Source of the DNA: an uncultured Methanomassiliicoccales archaeon
GTDB lineage: Archaea > Thermoplasmatota > Thermoplasmata > Methanomassiliicoccales > UBA472
Assembly (NCBI GenBank): GCA_963695345.1
Contig: OY968769.1
Span: forward strand, 1,632,001 to 1,696,000
Direction: 5' to 3'
DNA length: 64,000 nt
Below the pieces are notes generated by a model, which made no database searches, was not told the origin of the DNA, and worked only from the letters and a program-made list of their open reading frames with translations. How positions within the stretch are numbered: the stretch's first letter is position 1; each line of letters begins with the position of its first letter. Positions 53,357-64,000 of the stretch are shown in pieces. The position numbers were made by a program, and so were the translations under genes.

Positions 53357-54124
53357 TCAACCGTAAAGGTACGATTCCTCGCCCGGTTTCTTGATCTGTT
53401 TCACGCTTTCCATGGCGTTCTTCATCTGCTTCTCGATAGCCTCCGCCTCGGCCCGCAAGGGCTGCGGGTCGAGCTTGATCTCCGGAAGCATCTCGCCGAC
53501 CATCTCGAGCAGCCTCGCTGCCCCTCTGGCATCGGGCATATCTACTTTGGCCGGTCCCAGCAGACACATCACGTCGATGCTCAGCCGGTCTCCTTCTGAT
53601 AGCAGTACGCCGGAGATGCCGGACACCATGCCTTCTCTCATTTCTGATATCCTGTATGTCTTGAGCATGCCCTTCGTCCTGGCGGTCGTTCCCACCCCGA
53701 ATATCCTGCTTTCGTTGGGGGTGTCCGAGGTGTTGACCCCTTCCAAGGTCAGGATCGTGTCGATACCCTTCTTCTGGCACCAATCCAAGATTATCTCGCT
53801 CAGTCTCTTGATCAGGTCGGCCCGGGGCATGAACTCAGACATGATGACCACTATCTGCTCGCACTTCTCCCCGTCGCCGTTACAGATGCGTTTACCCGCA
53901 TAGATCCGTACCGGCGGTGAGGGCGTCCCGTCATGCAATATCGTGTATGGCGGAAAATCATTCGAGATGATGGTGGCGATCCGCTCCAATTTCATCGTTC
54001 TGACTATGTAATTGGCGGCGATGGAGCTTACCAGCCCAACGCTGGGGAACCCGATAACGGCCATGGATTTGGTTATCTGCGCATCCTTGTACTCATGGAG
54101 GAACATGTCTTCGTCCATTTCCAT
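53357..54124 (-). CDS. PAC2-family proteasome assembly chaperone
   Basis: GFPSVGLVSSIAANY, PPVRIY, GISGVLL, PDARGAA. Confidence 0.88.
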   Translation of the reverse strand: MEMDEDMFLHEYKDAQITKSMAVIGFPSVGLVSSIAANYIVRTMKLERIATIISNDFPPYTILHDGTPSPPVRIYAGKRICNGDGEKCEQIVVIMSEFMPRADLIKRLSEIILDWCQKKGIDTILTLEGVNTSDTPNESRIFGVGTTARTKGMLKTYRISEMREGMVSGISGVLLSEGDRLSIDVMCLLGPAKVDMPDARGAARLLEMVGEMLPEIKLDPQPLRAEAEAIEKQMKNAMESVKQIKKPGEESYLYG

Positions 54125-54236
54125 TACTCCTGGGAAATCATTGATTCGCAAAGGTTAATAATGGTTCGTGAACCACGATTCTCCGCAGGTGAATCGACGG
54201 CAAAGTGATTTACGTCGAGCATGCATTTGGATTTTC

Positions 54237-55514
54237 GTGGCCCAAGAAAGTTTGAACATCACTCACACGCCAGGCGGCATCCCGGTCATCGTCGAGCGCC
54301 TGCCTTACTTCCGGTCGGTGGCGTTGTCGGTGAACGTCAGCGTCGGCTCCCGCGACGAGCCCCAGGACCGCTGCGGCATCGCCCATCTCCTGGAGCATCT
54401 CATGTTCAAGGGGACCAGCGAGCGCAGCACCAAGGAGATATCCGAGATCATCGAGGGGGCCGGCGGAGAGCTGAATGGGTATACCACGAAGGAGCTCACC
54501 TCCTTTCACGTCTTCTCTCTGGACGAGACCGCTGAAACCGCCCAGAACATCCTCTCTGACATGATAGTGAACCCCCTCATTGACGAGGAGCACGTCGAAC
54601 TGGAAAGGAATGTGGTCACCCAGGAGATCAACATGATGATCGATGAGCCGGAGGACTATTCACGGGTGCTGCTGGACCAGACCATCTGGAAGGGACACCC
54701 GTTGGCCACTCCGGAGGCTGGTCTGGTGGAGAGCGTCAAGGGCATCGAGACCTCCGACCTGCGCAGTTTCTTCACGGACAACTACCGGCCCCCCAATCTG
54801 ACGGTCGTCGCCTGTGGCCACGTGGACCGTAAGAAGATACTGAAGTGGGCCAGCGACAGCTTCGACCACTTGCCCCGGGCCAGGAGGGCGCCCGAACGCG
54901 TGCCTCCGGTCACCCATTCCTCGATCAATGTGTTTCCCCGCGAGGGAGATCAGGCATACGTTGAGATGGGATTCCCCGGACTCGATGCGAAGGACCCCGA
55001 GCGGCACGCCGTATGGTTGGCCTGCGGAGTCCTTGGCGCGGGTACGAGCTCCCGCCTGTACCAGCGCATCCGGGAGGACGAGGGGATGGTCTACACCATC
55101 TACACTTATCCTCAGCTGTTCAGCGACTGCGGCCTGATCGAGACCCATTTCTCGACCGAATCGGAAAAGGCCGAGACGGTCATCAGGCATATCGCCGAGG
55201 AAATGAAGCGGCTGAAGGAGGAAGGCCTGGTCCAGGGTGAACTGGAAAGGGCCAAGCGTTGGGTCAAGGGAACCCTGGTACGGAAGCTGGAGAACACCGA
55301 GTCACGCATGTACTGGCTCGGTGAACACTACATGATGACTGGCGAGGTGATGCCGCTGGGCAAGATACTGGAGGATTTCGATAAGGTGACCGAGGACGAT
55401 GTGGTCCGGGTCTCCAACGAGCTGTTCAAGCGCAACAAGCTCTGCGTCGTTCTGCACGCCCCCGACGCGCAGGGCAAGCAGATCGCCAAGAACATCAAGA
55501 CGCTGGACTTCTAG
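54237..55514 (+). CDS. M16-family zinc peptidase
   Basis: GSRDE, GIAHLLEHLMFKGT (HxxEH), SSRLYQRIRE. Confidence 0.92.
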   Translation: MAQESLNITHTPGGIPVIVERLPYFRSVALSVNVSVGSRDEPQDRCGIAHLLEHLMFKGTSERSTKEISEIIEGAGGELNGYTTKELTSFHVFSLDETAETAQNILSDMIVNPLIDEEHVELERNVVTQEINMMIDEPEDYSRVLLDQTIWKGHPLATPEAGLVESVKGIETSDLRSFFTDNYRPPNLTVVACGHVDRKKILKWASDSFDHLPRARRAPERVPPVTHSSINVFPREGDQAYVEMGFPGLDAKDPERHAVWLACGVLGAGTSSRLYQRIREDEGMVYTIYTYPQLFSDCGLIETHFSTESEKAETVIRHIAEEMKRLKEEGLVQGELERAKRWVKGTLVRKLENTESRMYWLGEHYMMTGEVMPLGKILEDFDKVTEDDVVRVSNELFKRNKLCVVLHAPDAQGKQIAKNIKTLDF

Positions 55515-55984
55515 GTCCGGTGCTTTCCCTCAATCAGATCGATAACGGTCTGGACCGCCTCGGGCAGCGCGTCCTCTACCTCGGGCGTCATCGTGTCCCC
55601 GACGGTCCACACGTCGTTGACCTCGACCGCGACGAAGAATATCTCCTTCGGCATACGGTCCGGCTCAAGCTTCCTGCCCAGCTCCAGTGCGGTGCCTACA
55701 TTAACTTCGTGCGGGTTAGTACCATGTATCGTGGCATGGAACGACTCCTCGCCGAGGACCATCACCGTTCCGGGGGCATAGTTGTTGGTCACGATCGCAT
55801 CCACCACTATGACCAACTGATAGTCGAGCATCAATTCGATGAGGTCGAGACCGCTGATGCTGGCCTCCTCAAGGTCTATGTCATCCAGGGCCATTGTCCT
55901 CAGCTGGTCGACGATGCGGAAACCGATCGCATCGTCGGTCACGATCGGGCTTCCGATGCCCAGTACTAGCGTCCTTGCTTTCAT
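55511..55984 (-). CDS. Hydrogenase maturation protease
   Basis: VLGIGSPIVTDDAIG, IVVDA, NPH. Confidence 0.88.
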   Translation of the reverse strand: MKARTLVLGIGSPIVTDDAIGFRIVDQLRTMALDDIDLEEASISGLDLIELMLDYQLVIVVDAIVTNNYAPGTVMVLGEESFHATIHGTNPHEVNVGTALELGRKLEPDRMPKEIFFVAVEVNDVWTVGDTMTPEVEDALPEAVQTVIDLIEGKHRT

Positions 55985-56212
55985 CCGTCGCTCTGATGGG
56001 AGATGCCAATAAAAACGTTGTCACAGGTCCCCCTGATCGTTTGAGCACGGTATTTTCAGAGAACGATCCCCCGAAGTGCGTTCGGTCATTTTCCAGAATG
56101 GATATCGTTATACCTGATCAACATGACCAATCGAGAATCACGGGTTTCGAAATCTGTCCGATATCCGATATCGTCCGGTCATCTTTATCCATACAGTTAC
56201 CGATACACCTAC

Positions 56213-57034
56213 GTGAAGCTTGAGCCGAAAGTGGCATTGGAAGTGAACGGCACCGACCTGACATCTCATCAGCTCGAGGTCATCACCGCCATATACCGTC
56301 ACGGCAGCCAGCGTTCCGCCGCCCGCAGCCTCGGCATCACCACTCCGGTTCTGAACCGTTATGTCAGGCAGATCGAGGCCAAGACGAATCTGAAACTGGC
56401 CGAGAGCACCCCGTCCGGGACTATATTGACGTCGGACGGAGAGAAGATCGCCAGGGAATACGAAGCCCTCCGCGCCCGCATGTCCAAGACCACGGCATTG
56501 GTGGTTGGGTGTACGATCATTACCGAGGACCTCCTGCTGTCCTCGCTATCAAGGATCGATCCGGAGGGCCGGTTCGATCTAGTGATATCCGATGACCAGA
56601 GGAACCTGAGGGACTTCCGCGCCGGGATGATGGACCTGGTGGTGCTGGACGACCCGCTCTATGCCTTCGATGAGAGCGAGGCGTTGTTCGATGAGATCGG
56701 TTTCGATAGGCTCCTGCATGTCGACCGGGGTGCGAACTATCTGCGCTTCCTTTACGGGGCCCAGCGAATCGGCTTCAAGCATCTGGAGGTCACGGGAAAG
56801 ACATACCGGGTCGAAAGGACCGAACGTTCACTTACCTCGCTGATGAACTCGAATATGAGTTTCTTCGTGAACGAGAGCTTGGCCGCGAGAAAAGGATTGA
56901 AGATAAAGAGCGATACCGACCCCCGGCTGCTCAGGCATGAGATAATGGCGCTCTACCATGAGGAAAGGCCGGACATCAGCCTCGTTGCTGCTGGAACTGA
57001 AGAAACAGCGTGTTCTCTGATGAACTGCGTATAA
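56213..57034 (+). CDS. LysR/ModE-type transcriptional regulator
   Basis: GSQRSAARSLGITTPVLNRYVRQIE HTH; GAQRIGF; 3' end may be frameshifted. Confidence 0.75.
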   Translation: MKLEPKVALEVNGTDLTSHQLEVITAIYRHGSQRSAARSLGITTPVLNRYVRQIEAKTNLKLAESTPSGTILTSDGEKIAREYEALRARMSKTTALVVGCTIITEDLLLSSLSRIDPEGRFDLVISDDQRNLRDFRAGMMDLVVLDDPLYAFDESEALFDEIGFDRLLHVDRGANYLRFLYGAQRIGFKHLEVTGKTYRVERTERSLTSLMNSNMSFFVNESLAARKGLKIKSDTDPRLLRHEIMALYHEERPDISLVAAGTEETACSLMNCV

Positions 57035-57070
57035 CCTATATAGGTTACACTTGTAGGATTTTTCATTCAT

Positions 57071-57080
57071 GTTTATATAC
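57071..57080 (+). promoter_or_regulatory. Putative TATA box for hdrCB
   Basis: GTTTATATAC about 35-45 nt upstream of the hdrC ATG. Confidence 0.5.
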
Positions 57081-57114
57081 ATCGGTCAGGAATCCGGATG
57101 CAAAGGTAATTTCC

Positions 57115-57625
57115 ATGTCCAACATTAAAGAGCCGGACCCGGTATTCACCAAGGCGGTAATAGACGCTGGCGGAAAGACCCTGGACCTTTGCTACCAATG
57201 CGGCACCTGCACGGCCAGCTGCCCATCGGGAAGGAAGACCGGGTTCAGGACCAGACAATTGATTCGGAAAGCACAATTGGGACTGAAGGACGACATCCTG
57301 CCCACCGATGACCTGTGGCTGTGCACCACCTGCTACTCCTGCGTCGAGAGATGCCCGAGGGAAGTAGAGATCACTGACATCATCACTATCATGAGGAACA
57401 TGGCCGTGAAGAAAGGCTACATGGCAGACCAGCACAAGAAGATCGGTGCGTCAATGATGAAGACAGCGACGACCGTACCGCTGGATGACAACATCCTTGC
57501 TCTGAGGGAAAAGATGGGACTTCCGAAGGTACCTCCGATTGGCGATCGGAGACCCGAAGGCACTGGAGGAGTTCAGGGCCGTCATGCGCAAGACTGGTTT
57601 CGACAAGCTCATCGGAGGTGCGTAA
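57115..57625 (+). CDS. hdrC: Heterodisulfide reductase subunit C (frameshift near the 3' end)
   Basis: CYQCGTCTASCP and CTTCYSCVERCP. Confidence 0.92.
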
Positions 57626-58475
57626 ATGTCTGGAAAGTTCGGATTCTTCCTCGGCTGCGTAGCGCCGCTGAGATACCCCGGTATCGAGAAGGCCACCCGT
57701 GAGGTCTTCAAGGCCTTGAACTATGAACTGGTAGAGCTGGAAGGAGCAGGCTGCTGCCCGGCTCCCGGTGTCATCAAGTCCTTCGACGAGCCCACCTGGT
57801 TGGCGCTCGCTGCCCGCAACTTGGCGATCGCCGAGAAGAAGGGCGTCGACATCATGACCATCTGCAACGGATGCTACGGTTCGCTGTTCGACGCGAACCA
57901 CGTCCTGCACGAGCACCCGGAGAAGCTGAAACAGGTCAACGAGATCCTGAAGGATGTCGGCCTGCACTACAGCGGCAAGACCAAGGTCAGGCACTTCGCC
58001 GAAGTACTGCACAACGATATTGGCATGGAGAAGGTCCAGGCCGCCGTCAAGAACAAGCTGGACCTGAATGTCGCAGCCCACTATGGCTGCCACTTCATCC
58101 GGCCATCGAAGATCAAGCACCTGGACGACCCAGAGAGGCCAGTCCTGCTGGACGAGTTGATCGAGTGGACCGGCGCCCACAGCCTACAATACAAGGACAA
58201 GAACATGTGCTGCGGAGCAGGCGGCGGCGTCAGGAGCGGACACAGCAGCGTGGCACAAGAGTTCACCACCGAGAAGCTGAAGAACATCAAGGCGGCCGGA
58301 GGCCTGTACATCATCGATGTATGCCCCTTCTGCCACCTGCAGTTCGACAGGGGCCAGAAAGGACTCCGAGTACAACATCCCGGTCGTCCACCTTGCGCAG
58401 CTCTATGGTCTCGCCTTCGGCCTGCCGAAGTCCGATCTAGGACTAGAGGCGCACGAGGTCAAGGTAAACCTGTGA
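57626..58475 (+). CDS. hdrB: Heterodisulfide reductase subunit B (frameshift near the 3' end)
   Basis: FLGC, GCCPAPG, CNGCY, HYGCH, MCCGAGGG, CPFCHLQFD. Confidence 0.93.
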
Positions 58476-58485
58476 GGATGCTGGG

Positions 58486-58779
58486 TTGCACAAAGCCCAT
58501 CTCATAGGCGTCTACACGCTGCGCGACATGCCCGAAGAGCTCACCGGGTTCGTCAACTTCCAGGCAAAGCTGGAGAAGCACGAGCTCCGGATGGACGAGC
58601 GCATCGCCCTGCTGGTGATCGTCGGCACATCATCGTATGTGCCGGTGTTCGTGGAGTCGATCAGCGACCTGACCAGCGCCGAGAAGAAACTGCGGGACCA
58701 GGACGCTGAGATGGACAACGTGACCAGGGAATCGCTCACCAGGGTGATAGCCGAACTCCGGGAGCGTCCCGGGGCGTAA
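58486..58779 (+). CDS. Conserved hypothetical protein
   Basis: 97-aa ORF with host-like codon usage directly after hdrB. Confidence 0.6.
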   Translation: MHKAHLIGVYTLRDMPEELTGFVNFQAKLEKHELRMDERIALLVIVGTSSYVPVFVESISDLTSAEKKLRDQDAEMDNVTRESLTRVIAELRERPGA

Positions 58780-58850
58780 ACTATTTTCCAATCCCTTATC
58801 CTCTATTTTCCTGCCGCGTAACACGAATTAGGAATCGACGGCACGCAATC

Positions 58851-58860
58851 TTTATATAAA
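58851..58860 (+). promoter_or_regulatory. Putative TATA box for rps3ae
   Basis: TTTATATAAA about 45 nt upstream of the ATG. Confidence 0.55.
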
Positions 58861-58901
58861 AGTGGTACATTCCCAACTCATCCAATCATAGAGGTATCAT
58901 C

Positions 58902-59649
58902 ATGGCTGCAACATCTACAAAGAAGGACGTTACAAAGGCCGCCTCACGTAAGGTGAAGGACCGGTGGAAGGCGAAGGAGTGGTACAAGGTATACGCTCCC
59001 CGTATGTTCAACCAGGTCCAGCTAGGTGAGACCCCATCCGCCGACCCGTCCAGCCTGACCGGGAGGATCATCGAGGCCACCGTTCACGACCTGACCGGCG
59101 ACTTCTCCAAGATGCACGTCAAGCTGAAGTTCAAGATCACCGAGGTCAACGGATTCGATGCGCACACCGTGCTCATCGGCCAGGACCTCACCAGCGACTA
59201 CATCAGGCGCCTCACCCGGAGGAAGCGCACCAAGACCGACCACGTCATCGACATCACGCACCAAGGACGGATACATCGTCCGCGTGAAGCCGATGAGCAT
59301 CACCGAGAAGAGGATCCAGGCTTCCCAGGAGACCGCCGTCAGGACCCTCATGACCAACGAGCTCCAGACCGCTGGCGCGGAAATGACCATCTCCGACATC
59401 ATCAGGAGCGTCATCTCCGGGGAGATGGCCAAGAGGCTGTCCACCGTCAGCAAGGTCGTCGTACCGATCAAGAGGATCGAGATCCGCAAGACCGAGGTCA
59501 TCCAGATGGGAAGCGCACCGCAGGACGTTCCGGTCTTCGCGGCGCCGGAACCCGAGCCGGAACCCGAGGTAGCGGAAGAAGCACCCGAGGTATCTTCCGA
59601 GGCGCCCGCCGAGGAAGAGATCGCGCCGGCCGATAAGGCCGACGAGTAA
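58902..59649 (+). CDS. rps3ae: 30S ribosomal protein S3Ae (frameshift near 59258)
   Basis: KDRWKAKEWYKVYAP, DLTGD, DYIRRL, PIKRIEIRK, acidic tail. Confidence 0.95.
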
Positions 59650-59674
59650 ACCTCTTTAACAAACTCATTTAGAT

Positions 59675-59784
59675 GCCGGGGTGGCTCAGCCTGGTGGAGC
59701 GTCGGACTCATAGGGTTAAGTGGTAATTACAGACCCTTCTCCAGGGCAATCCGAAGGTCGCGGGTTCGATTCCCGTCCCCGGCA
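59675..59784 (+). tRNA. tRNA with CAT anticodon (elongator Met) and a 36-nt intron at 37/38 (59713-59748)
   Basis: GCCGGGGTGGCTCAGCCTGGTGGAGCG-TCGGA-CTCATA[intron]A-TCCGA-AGGTCGCGGGTTCGATTCCCGTCCCCGGCA. Confidence 0.88.
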
Positions 59785-59903
59785 CTCCCTTTCACTATTC
59801 TCTCATGGTTTCATTCTGGACAGCGTTCCTTGCCTGGTTGGACAGGGGGATTCTCCCAAAACAATTTATCCGGGCGTTCCCGTAGCCAAGGTTCGGTGAA
59901 AGG

Positions 59904-61104
59904 TTGAGGGTGATCATCTATACCGGCAAGGGCGGCGTCGGAAAGACATCGACCGCCGCGGCCACCGCCCTGCGGTCTGCCCACATGGGATACAGGACGA
60001 TCGTTGTGAGCACAGACTCGGCCCATTCTCTGGCGGATTCGCTGGACTTCCCCTTGACCGGCGAGATCAAGAACGTGGAGCAGAACCTGGACGCCATCGA
60101 GGTGGATGTCCTATACGAGATGGAGCACAACTGGAAGGAGATCGGCAAGTACGTCTCCGATTTCCTCGAGGCCCAGGGCATGGACCCGGTCAGCGCCAAG
60201 GAGATGACGGTATGGCCGGGCATGGAGCTGATGTCCGCCCTGTTCTACCTGGACGAGTTCTCCAAGACCGATCGGTACGACGTCGTGGTCATGGACACGG
60301 CGCCGACGGCGGACACGCTGCGCCTGCTGAGCTTCCCGGAGACGTCCGATTGGTACTTCGATAAGCTGTACAAGGTGTTCCGCAACACCATCAGGATCGC
60401 CCGGCTGACCGTGGGCAAGCTCATGAACACGCCATTGCCGTCGAACGAGTTCCTTGACGACCTGGACCTCATACGAACTCGGATGACCTCGGTCAAGAAG
60501 ATACTCACCGACCCGAAGATAACCTCCATCAGGCTGGTGGTGAACCCGGAGAAGATGGTCATCAACGAGACGAAGCGGGCCTTCACCTATCTCTGCCTGT
60601 ACAACCTCACCGTCGAATGCCTGGTCATCAACCGGCTCATACCGCTGGAGGAACGTGACACCTATCCCAAGGAGAAGTGGGTGGAACAGGAAAAGTACAT
60701 GGAGCTGATCGAGGAGTCGTTCAACCCATTGGCGATGCTCAGATCTAACATGTTCAAGACCGAGGTCTTCGGGCGGGACAAGCTTGAACATGCTGGCCTA
60801 CAATATATTCGGCGATACCGACCCCACCCGGCTGTTCTCCACGGACAAGGCCATGGCCATATACCGGGAGGACGGGATGGACATCCTCTCGCTCAAGCTG
60901 CCCTTCTCCAGCAAGGACGAGGTAGAACTTTATAAGGCGGGAGACGTTTTAATTGTCAAGGTCGGATGGTACAAGCGTTCGGTCTCGCTGCCATACTCGC
61001 TGGTCAGGAAGGATGCGACTAAGGCCGAGTTCAAGGATGGTAGGCTCTTAATCAAGTTCGAGGAGGTCAAGAAAGATGGCAAGAAAGAAAGCAACGCCTG
61101 TTGA
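59904..61104 (+). CDS. ArsA/Get3-family ATPase with C-terminal HSP20-like domain (frameshift near 60785)
   Basis: GKGGVGKTS, STDSAHSL, DTAPT, VVNPE; C-terminal LKLPF..KAGDVLIVKVGWYKRSVSLP. Confidence 0.88.
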
Positions 61105-61411
61105 AGAAGAACCGATGAAGGAAGAGGTCCCGTTCGAGGAGACCGAGAAATGGAACGAGCCCAGCGGGGGAATGATATCGCAGGACACCGTGGGCCACCT
61201 GATGAAGGCAGCCACCGAATTCCTTGGGGCCATGGACACGATCATGCCCAAGAAGAAGGTGCCGAACGAAGTACGGATACACTACAAGGCGGCCAAGAGG
61301 GAAATGCTGCTGATGGCCCGTGCAATATTGGACGCGAAGATCGCCGAGTGCGACAGCGAGAAGACCGTCAAGGAAGAAGAGCCTCGCGTCAGAAAGATAA
61401 ACCTGGAGTGA
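61076..61411 (+). CDS. Small helical hypothetical protein coupled to the ArsA gene
   Basis: 111-aa ORF overlapping the ArsA 3' end; GGAGGT RBS upstream. Confidence 0.7.
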   Translation: MARKKATPVEEEPMKEEVPFEETEKWNEPSGGMISQDTVGHLMKAATEFLGAMDTIMPKKKVPNEVRIHYKAAKREMLLMARAILDAKIAECDSEKTVKEEEPRVRKINLE

Positions 61412-61470
61412 ACGGACGATCCCGTTCCACCCTATTTTCCAATATCATCAATTGTTCTACATTTGCCGGC

Positions 61471-62031
61471 TCATGGACCCAGGTCACGGCACTCTGGGCA
61501 CCTCAGTTCCCCGGAGCTCAGCCTCAGGTCGATGGAGAATTGGCCGCAGTTCTCGCAATAGCCGGTGAACACCTGCGGTTCCTTCTCCCGGCCGATCCCG
61601 CCTCGGTTCACCCTGGACCATTCCCGGGTGAGCTCGATCAATGACGGGGAGATGCGCAGCACATCATTCTCGGTGAGAACTCCCACCAGCTGGTCCCCCT
61701 TAACCACCGGCAGGCGCCTTACGTGCATGGACGACATCCTCTTCGCTGCATCGGAAAGCGATTCCTTCGCCGTGGCGGTGATGAGCGGTGACGACATGAT
61801 CTCCTTGACCAGGGTCTTGGAGGCCACCTTGTTCTCGGAGACGATCTTGTTCAACAGATCCCTCTCGGTGACTATCCCGACCGGAAGTTCGTCTTCGACG
61901 ATGATGAGGCTGCCCACCTTTTCATCCCTCATCACGATGGCAGCCTGCCTGACCGTCATGTCTGGGCTGCCGGTGCGAGGCGACTTGGTCATTACTTCCT
62001 CGACCAGTATGTCCATCGTTCCATCGCTCAT
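61471..62031 (-). CDS. CBS-pair protein with C-terminal zinc ribbon
   Basis: Two CBS repeats (GIVTERD, GVLTEND), then CENCG..CPEC. Confidence 0.88.
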   Translation of the reverse strand: MSDGTMDILVEEVMTKSPRTGSPDMTVRQAAIVMRDEKVGSLIIVEDELPVGIVTERDLLNKIVSENKVASKTLVKEIMSSPLITATAKESLSDAAKRMSSMHVRRLPVVKGDQLVGVLTENDVLRISPSLIELTREWSRVNRGGIGREKEPQVFTGYCENCGQFSIDLRLSSGELRCPECRDLGP

Positions 62032-62320
62032 GAATGATACTATTCTATTCGTGGGATTAAGTACCTTTCCGGTGAAAAGGCGGCATGGCACAGGCTTGAT
62101 AGGACCTCCAACCGATAGATGTCGCGTGTTCGATCTACGCCAGTAATTCTCATCGACAAGAGTTCCCAGGCTTAGGCATGGCGAACCGGGAGGCACGGAC
62201 CGCAGAGCATCCCGGCCTGAACGAATTCGTTACGTCATGAAAATGTTTTCGGGCTTGAGGGAGAAGGCCCGCCTAACTCGAATAAGCAAGATTCTCCCTC
62301 TTCCGATATTGCGTTGGTCC

Positions 62321-64000
62321 TCAGTCGGAGGCGGTCACTATCCCGCGCTTGCTGAGTACTTCCTTCACCTTGGAAGGCATCCCCGGCTTCTTCGCCCCGA
62401 TCGGCGACCTATGGGGTGCCGTCCTGGAGGGGCCGGCCTTCGATGATTGCTCCGAGGACACGGTCTTAGGATCATCTCCCTCTCTATCGACCTTGAACTG
62501 CGAGGCAATCTTCTGCAGGTTCACCGCCATCTCCGAGAGGGCCTGGGCCCGAGAGGTCATATCCTCCATGCTGGCCGTCAGCTCCTCGGTGGAGGCGGAC
62601 GATTCCTCCGCGGAGGACGCCGTTTCCTCCGCCACGCTCGATATGCTGTCAATGGCGGAAGCCGCCTTACTGGCTCCCTCCTTCTGCGCCTTCATCTCCA
62701 CCTGGAACGTGTTCATCGTCTCTTCGAACGATCCTGTCATCTGGGAGATCTCGCGGAACGCCTTCCCGGTCACTTCCACATGCTCCATGCCTTGGGCGGT
62801 CTCCTTGGTGCCGCGGTGCATGGCTTCAACGGCCTTGGCGGTCTCGCTCTGGACCTCCTTGATCATCTTGGCGATACGCTCGGCGGCCTCCCTCGAGTCC
62901 TCGGCCAGGTTCTTGACCTCCTCCGCGACGACGGCGAAACCGCGTCCCTGGTCCCCGGCCCTGGCGGCCTCTATCGCCGCGTTAAGTGCCAGCAGGTTCG
63001 TTTGGTCCGATATGTTGGTGATGACGTCGACGATCTCTCCGATCTCCTCGGACCTCTTGCCTAGCGATTCGATGACCTTGGCGCTCTCGACGACGACCTT
63101 CTGGATCTCCTCCATCTTCTTGATCGTGTTCTCGACGGTCGTGACGCCGGCATTGGCTCTTTGGGTGGTAGCCCTGGCATCTTCCCCGGCCTTGACGGAG
63201 CGGGCCTGCGTTGTTTCCACGGCCTTAATGACCGATGACATCGCCTTCGCCGTCGCGTCCACCTGCGCCGCCTGTTCCTGTGCTCCCTTGGATATCTCCT
63301 GTATCGCGGAAGATACCTGCTCGGTCGATGCGTTCATCTCCTCCGCCGAGGATGCGAGCTCCTGGGAAGTGGACGAGACCATGTCGACCGAGTTGTTGAC
63401 CTCTCGGAGCAGATCGCACATGCTCTCCCCGATCTTGTCCAGAGATTCGGCGAAAACGGCGAAGTCCCCCTTCGCGTCGATGGATATCCTTTCGGTCAGA
63501 TCGCCACTGGCATACGCTTCTGCCACCCTCATGGCCTCATTGATCGGCCCGATGACCGAATCGAGGGTGTCGTTGAACCCCTGTACGATCTTCTGGTAGT
63601 CACCCTGGTGCTTGCTGGCATCCGCCCGGGTTCTGAGCTTCCCTTCGACCCCGGCCTTCACCAGCGTCTCAGCGTCCACCACCAGGGCTTTGAGGTTCTC
63701 CATCAGTTTGATCATCGAGGGCACCAGCTTGTCGTTCTGGCTCCGTTTTCCGGTCCCGTTGCCGATCTGTTTATAGGCATCCAGCTCGAGGAGGTCGCCT
63801 TTTGAGACGTTCTCCAGGGTGGAGATCACATGCTCGATCCTCGACTGCACCTGGTTGACCGCAGTGGCCACTTCATTGTATATGCCAATATGGGCGCTGT
63901 TGACCTTGACCGTGTAGTCATTCAAAGCCATCCGCTGAAGCACCATGTTCGCTTCCACGAGGCCCCCTAATCCATCGATGCATTGGTTCAGGTTCTTCTT
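62321..64000 (-). CDS. Methyl-accepting chemotaxis protein with poly-HAMP region; 5' end outside the window
   Basis: [30 protein letters not shown] signalling hairpin; HAMP repeats ([17 protein letters not shown]). Confidence 0.92.
   Translation of the reverse strand, partial: KKNLNQCIDGLGGLVEANMVLQRMALNDYTVKVNSAHIGIYNEVATAVNQVQSRIEHVISTLENVSKGDLLELDAYKQIGNGTGKRSQNDKLVPSMIKLMENLKALVVDAETLVKAGVEGKLRTRADASKHQGDYQKIVQGFNDTLDSVIGPINEAMRVAEAYASGDLTERISIDAKGDFAVFAESLDKIGESMCDLLREVNNSVDMVSSTSQELASSAEEMNASTEQVSSAIQEISKGAQEQAAQVDATAKAMSSVIKAVETTQARSVKAGEDARATTQRANAGVTTVENTIKKMEEIQKVVVESAKVIESLGKRSEEIGEIVDVITNISDQTNLLALNAAIEAARAGDQGRGFAVVAEEVKNLAEDSREAAERIAKMIKEVQSETAKAVEAMHRGTKETAQGMEHVEVTGKAFREISQMTGSFEETMNTFQVEMKAQKEGASKAASAIDSISSVAEETASSAEESSASTEELTASMEDMTSRAQALSEMAVNLQKIASQFKVDREGDDPKTVSSEQSSKAGPSRTAPHRSPIGAKKPGMPSKVKEVLSKRGIVTASD

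Noticed and set aside
62349-63599. Long antisense ORFs (this one, 6604-7476, 25179-26120 and others)
   Set aside because: These are shadow frames of GC-rich coding genes.
1-64000. CRISPR arrays, IS elements, integrases, rRNA, pyrrolysine (TAG) read-through
   Set aside because: None seen by eye. The split genes change frame rather than being interrupted by in-frame TAG.

Overview
Archaeal chromosomal window, most consistent with a Methanomassiliicoccales/Thermoplasmata-type methanogen (hdrCB, aRF1, rpoN-rps9-rpl13-rpl18e, rps3ae, purP, intron-containing tRNA-Met, TATA-box promoters). It is mostly housekeeping sequence. Many genes, including essential ones, carry single-base frameshifts that look like uncorrected sequencing indels, so several genes are split in the ORF track. 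The main finding is a compact minus-strand ubiquitin-like conjugation cluster at 19927-22181 that is obscured in the ORF track: an E1 with UBA3/UBA2-like motifs, an 80-aa ubiquitin-fold protein ending GG-N, an E2 with the HPN...C active site, and an Rpn11/CSN5-like JAB protease, with no RING E3. It lies about 2 kb from a DUF4011-SF1 helicase-endonuclease (Hhe-like) gene. Other notable items are a rearranged kdp operon with an apparent KdpC-KdpA fusion and a kinase-less KdpD, and a Rab-like small GTPase translationally coupled to a V4R-DUF835 protein. All family assignments come from motif recognition by eye; no searches were run.
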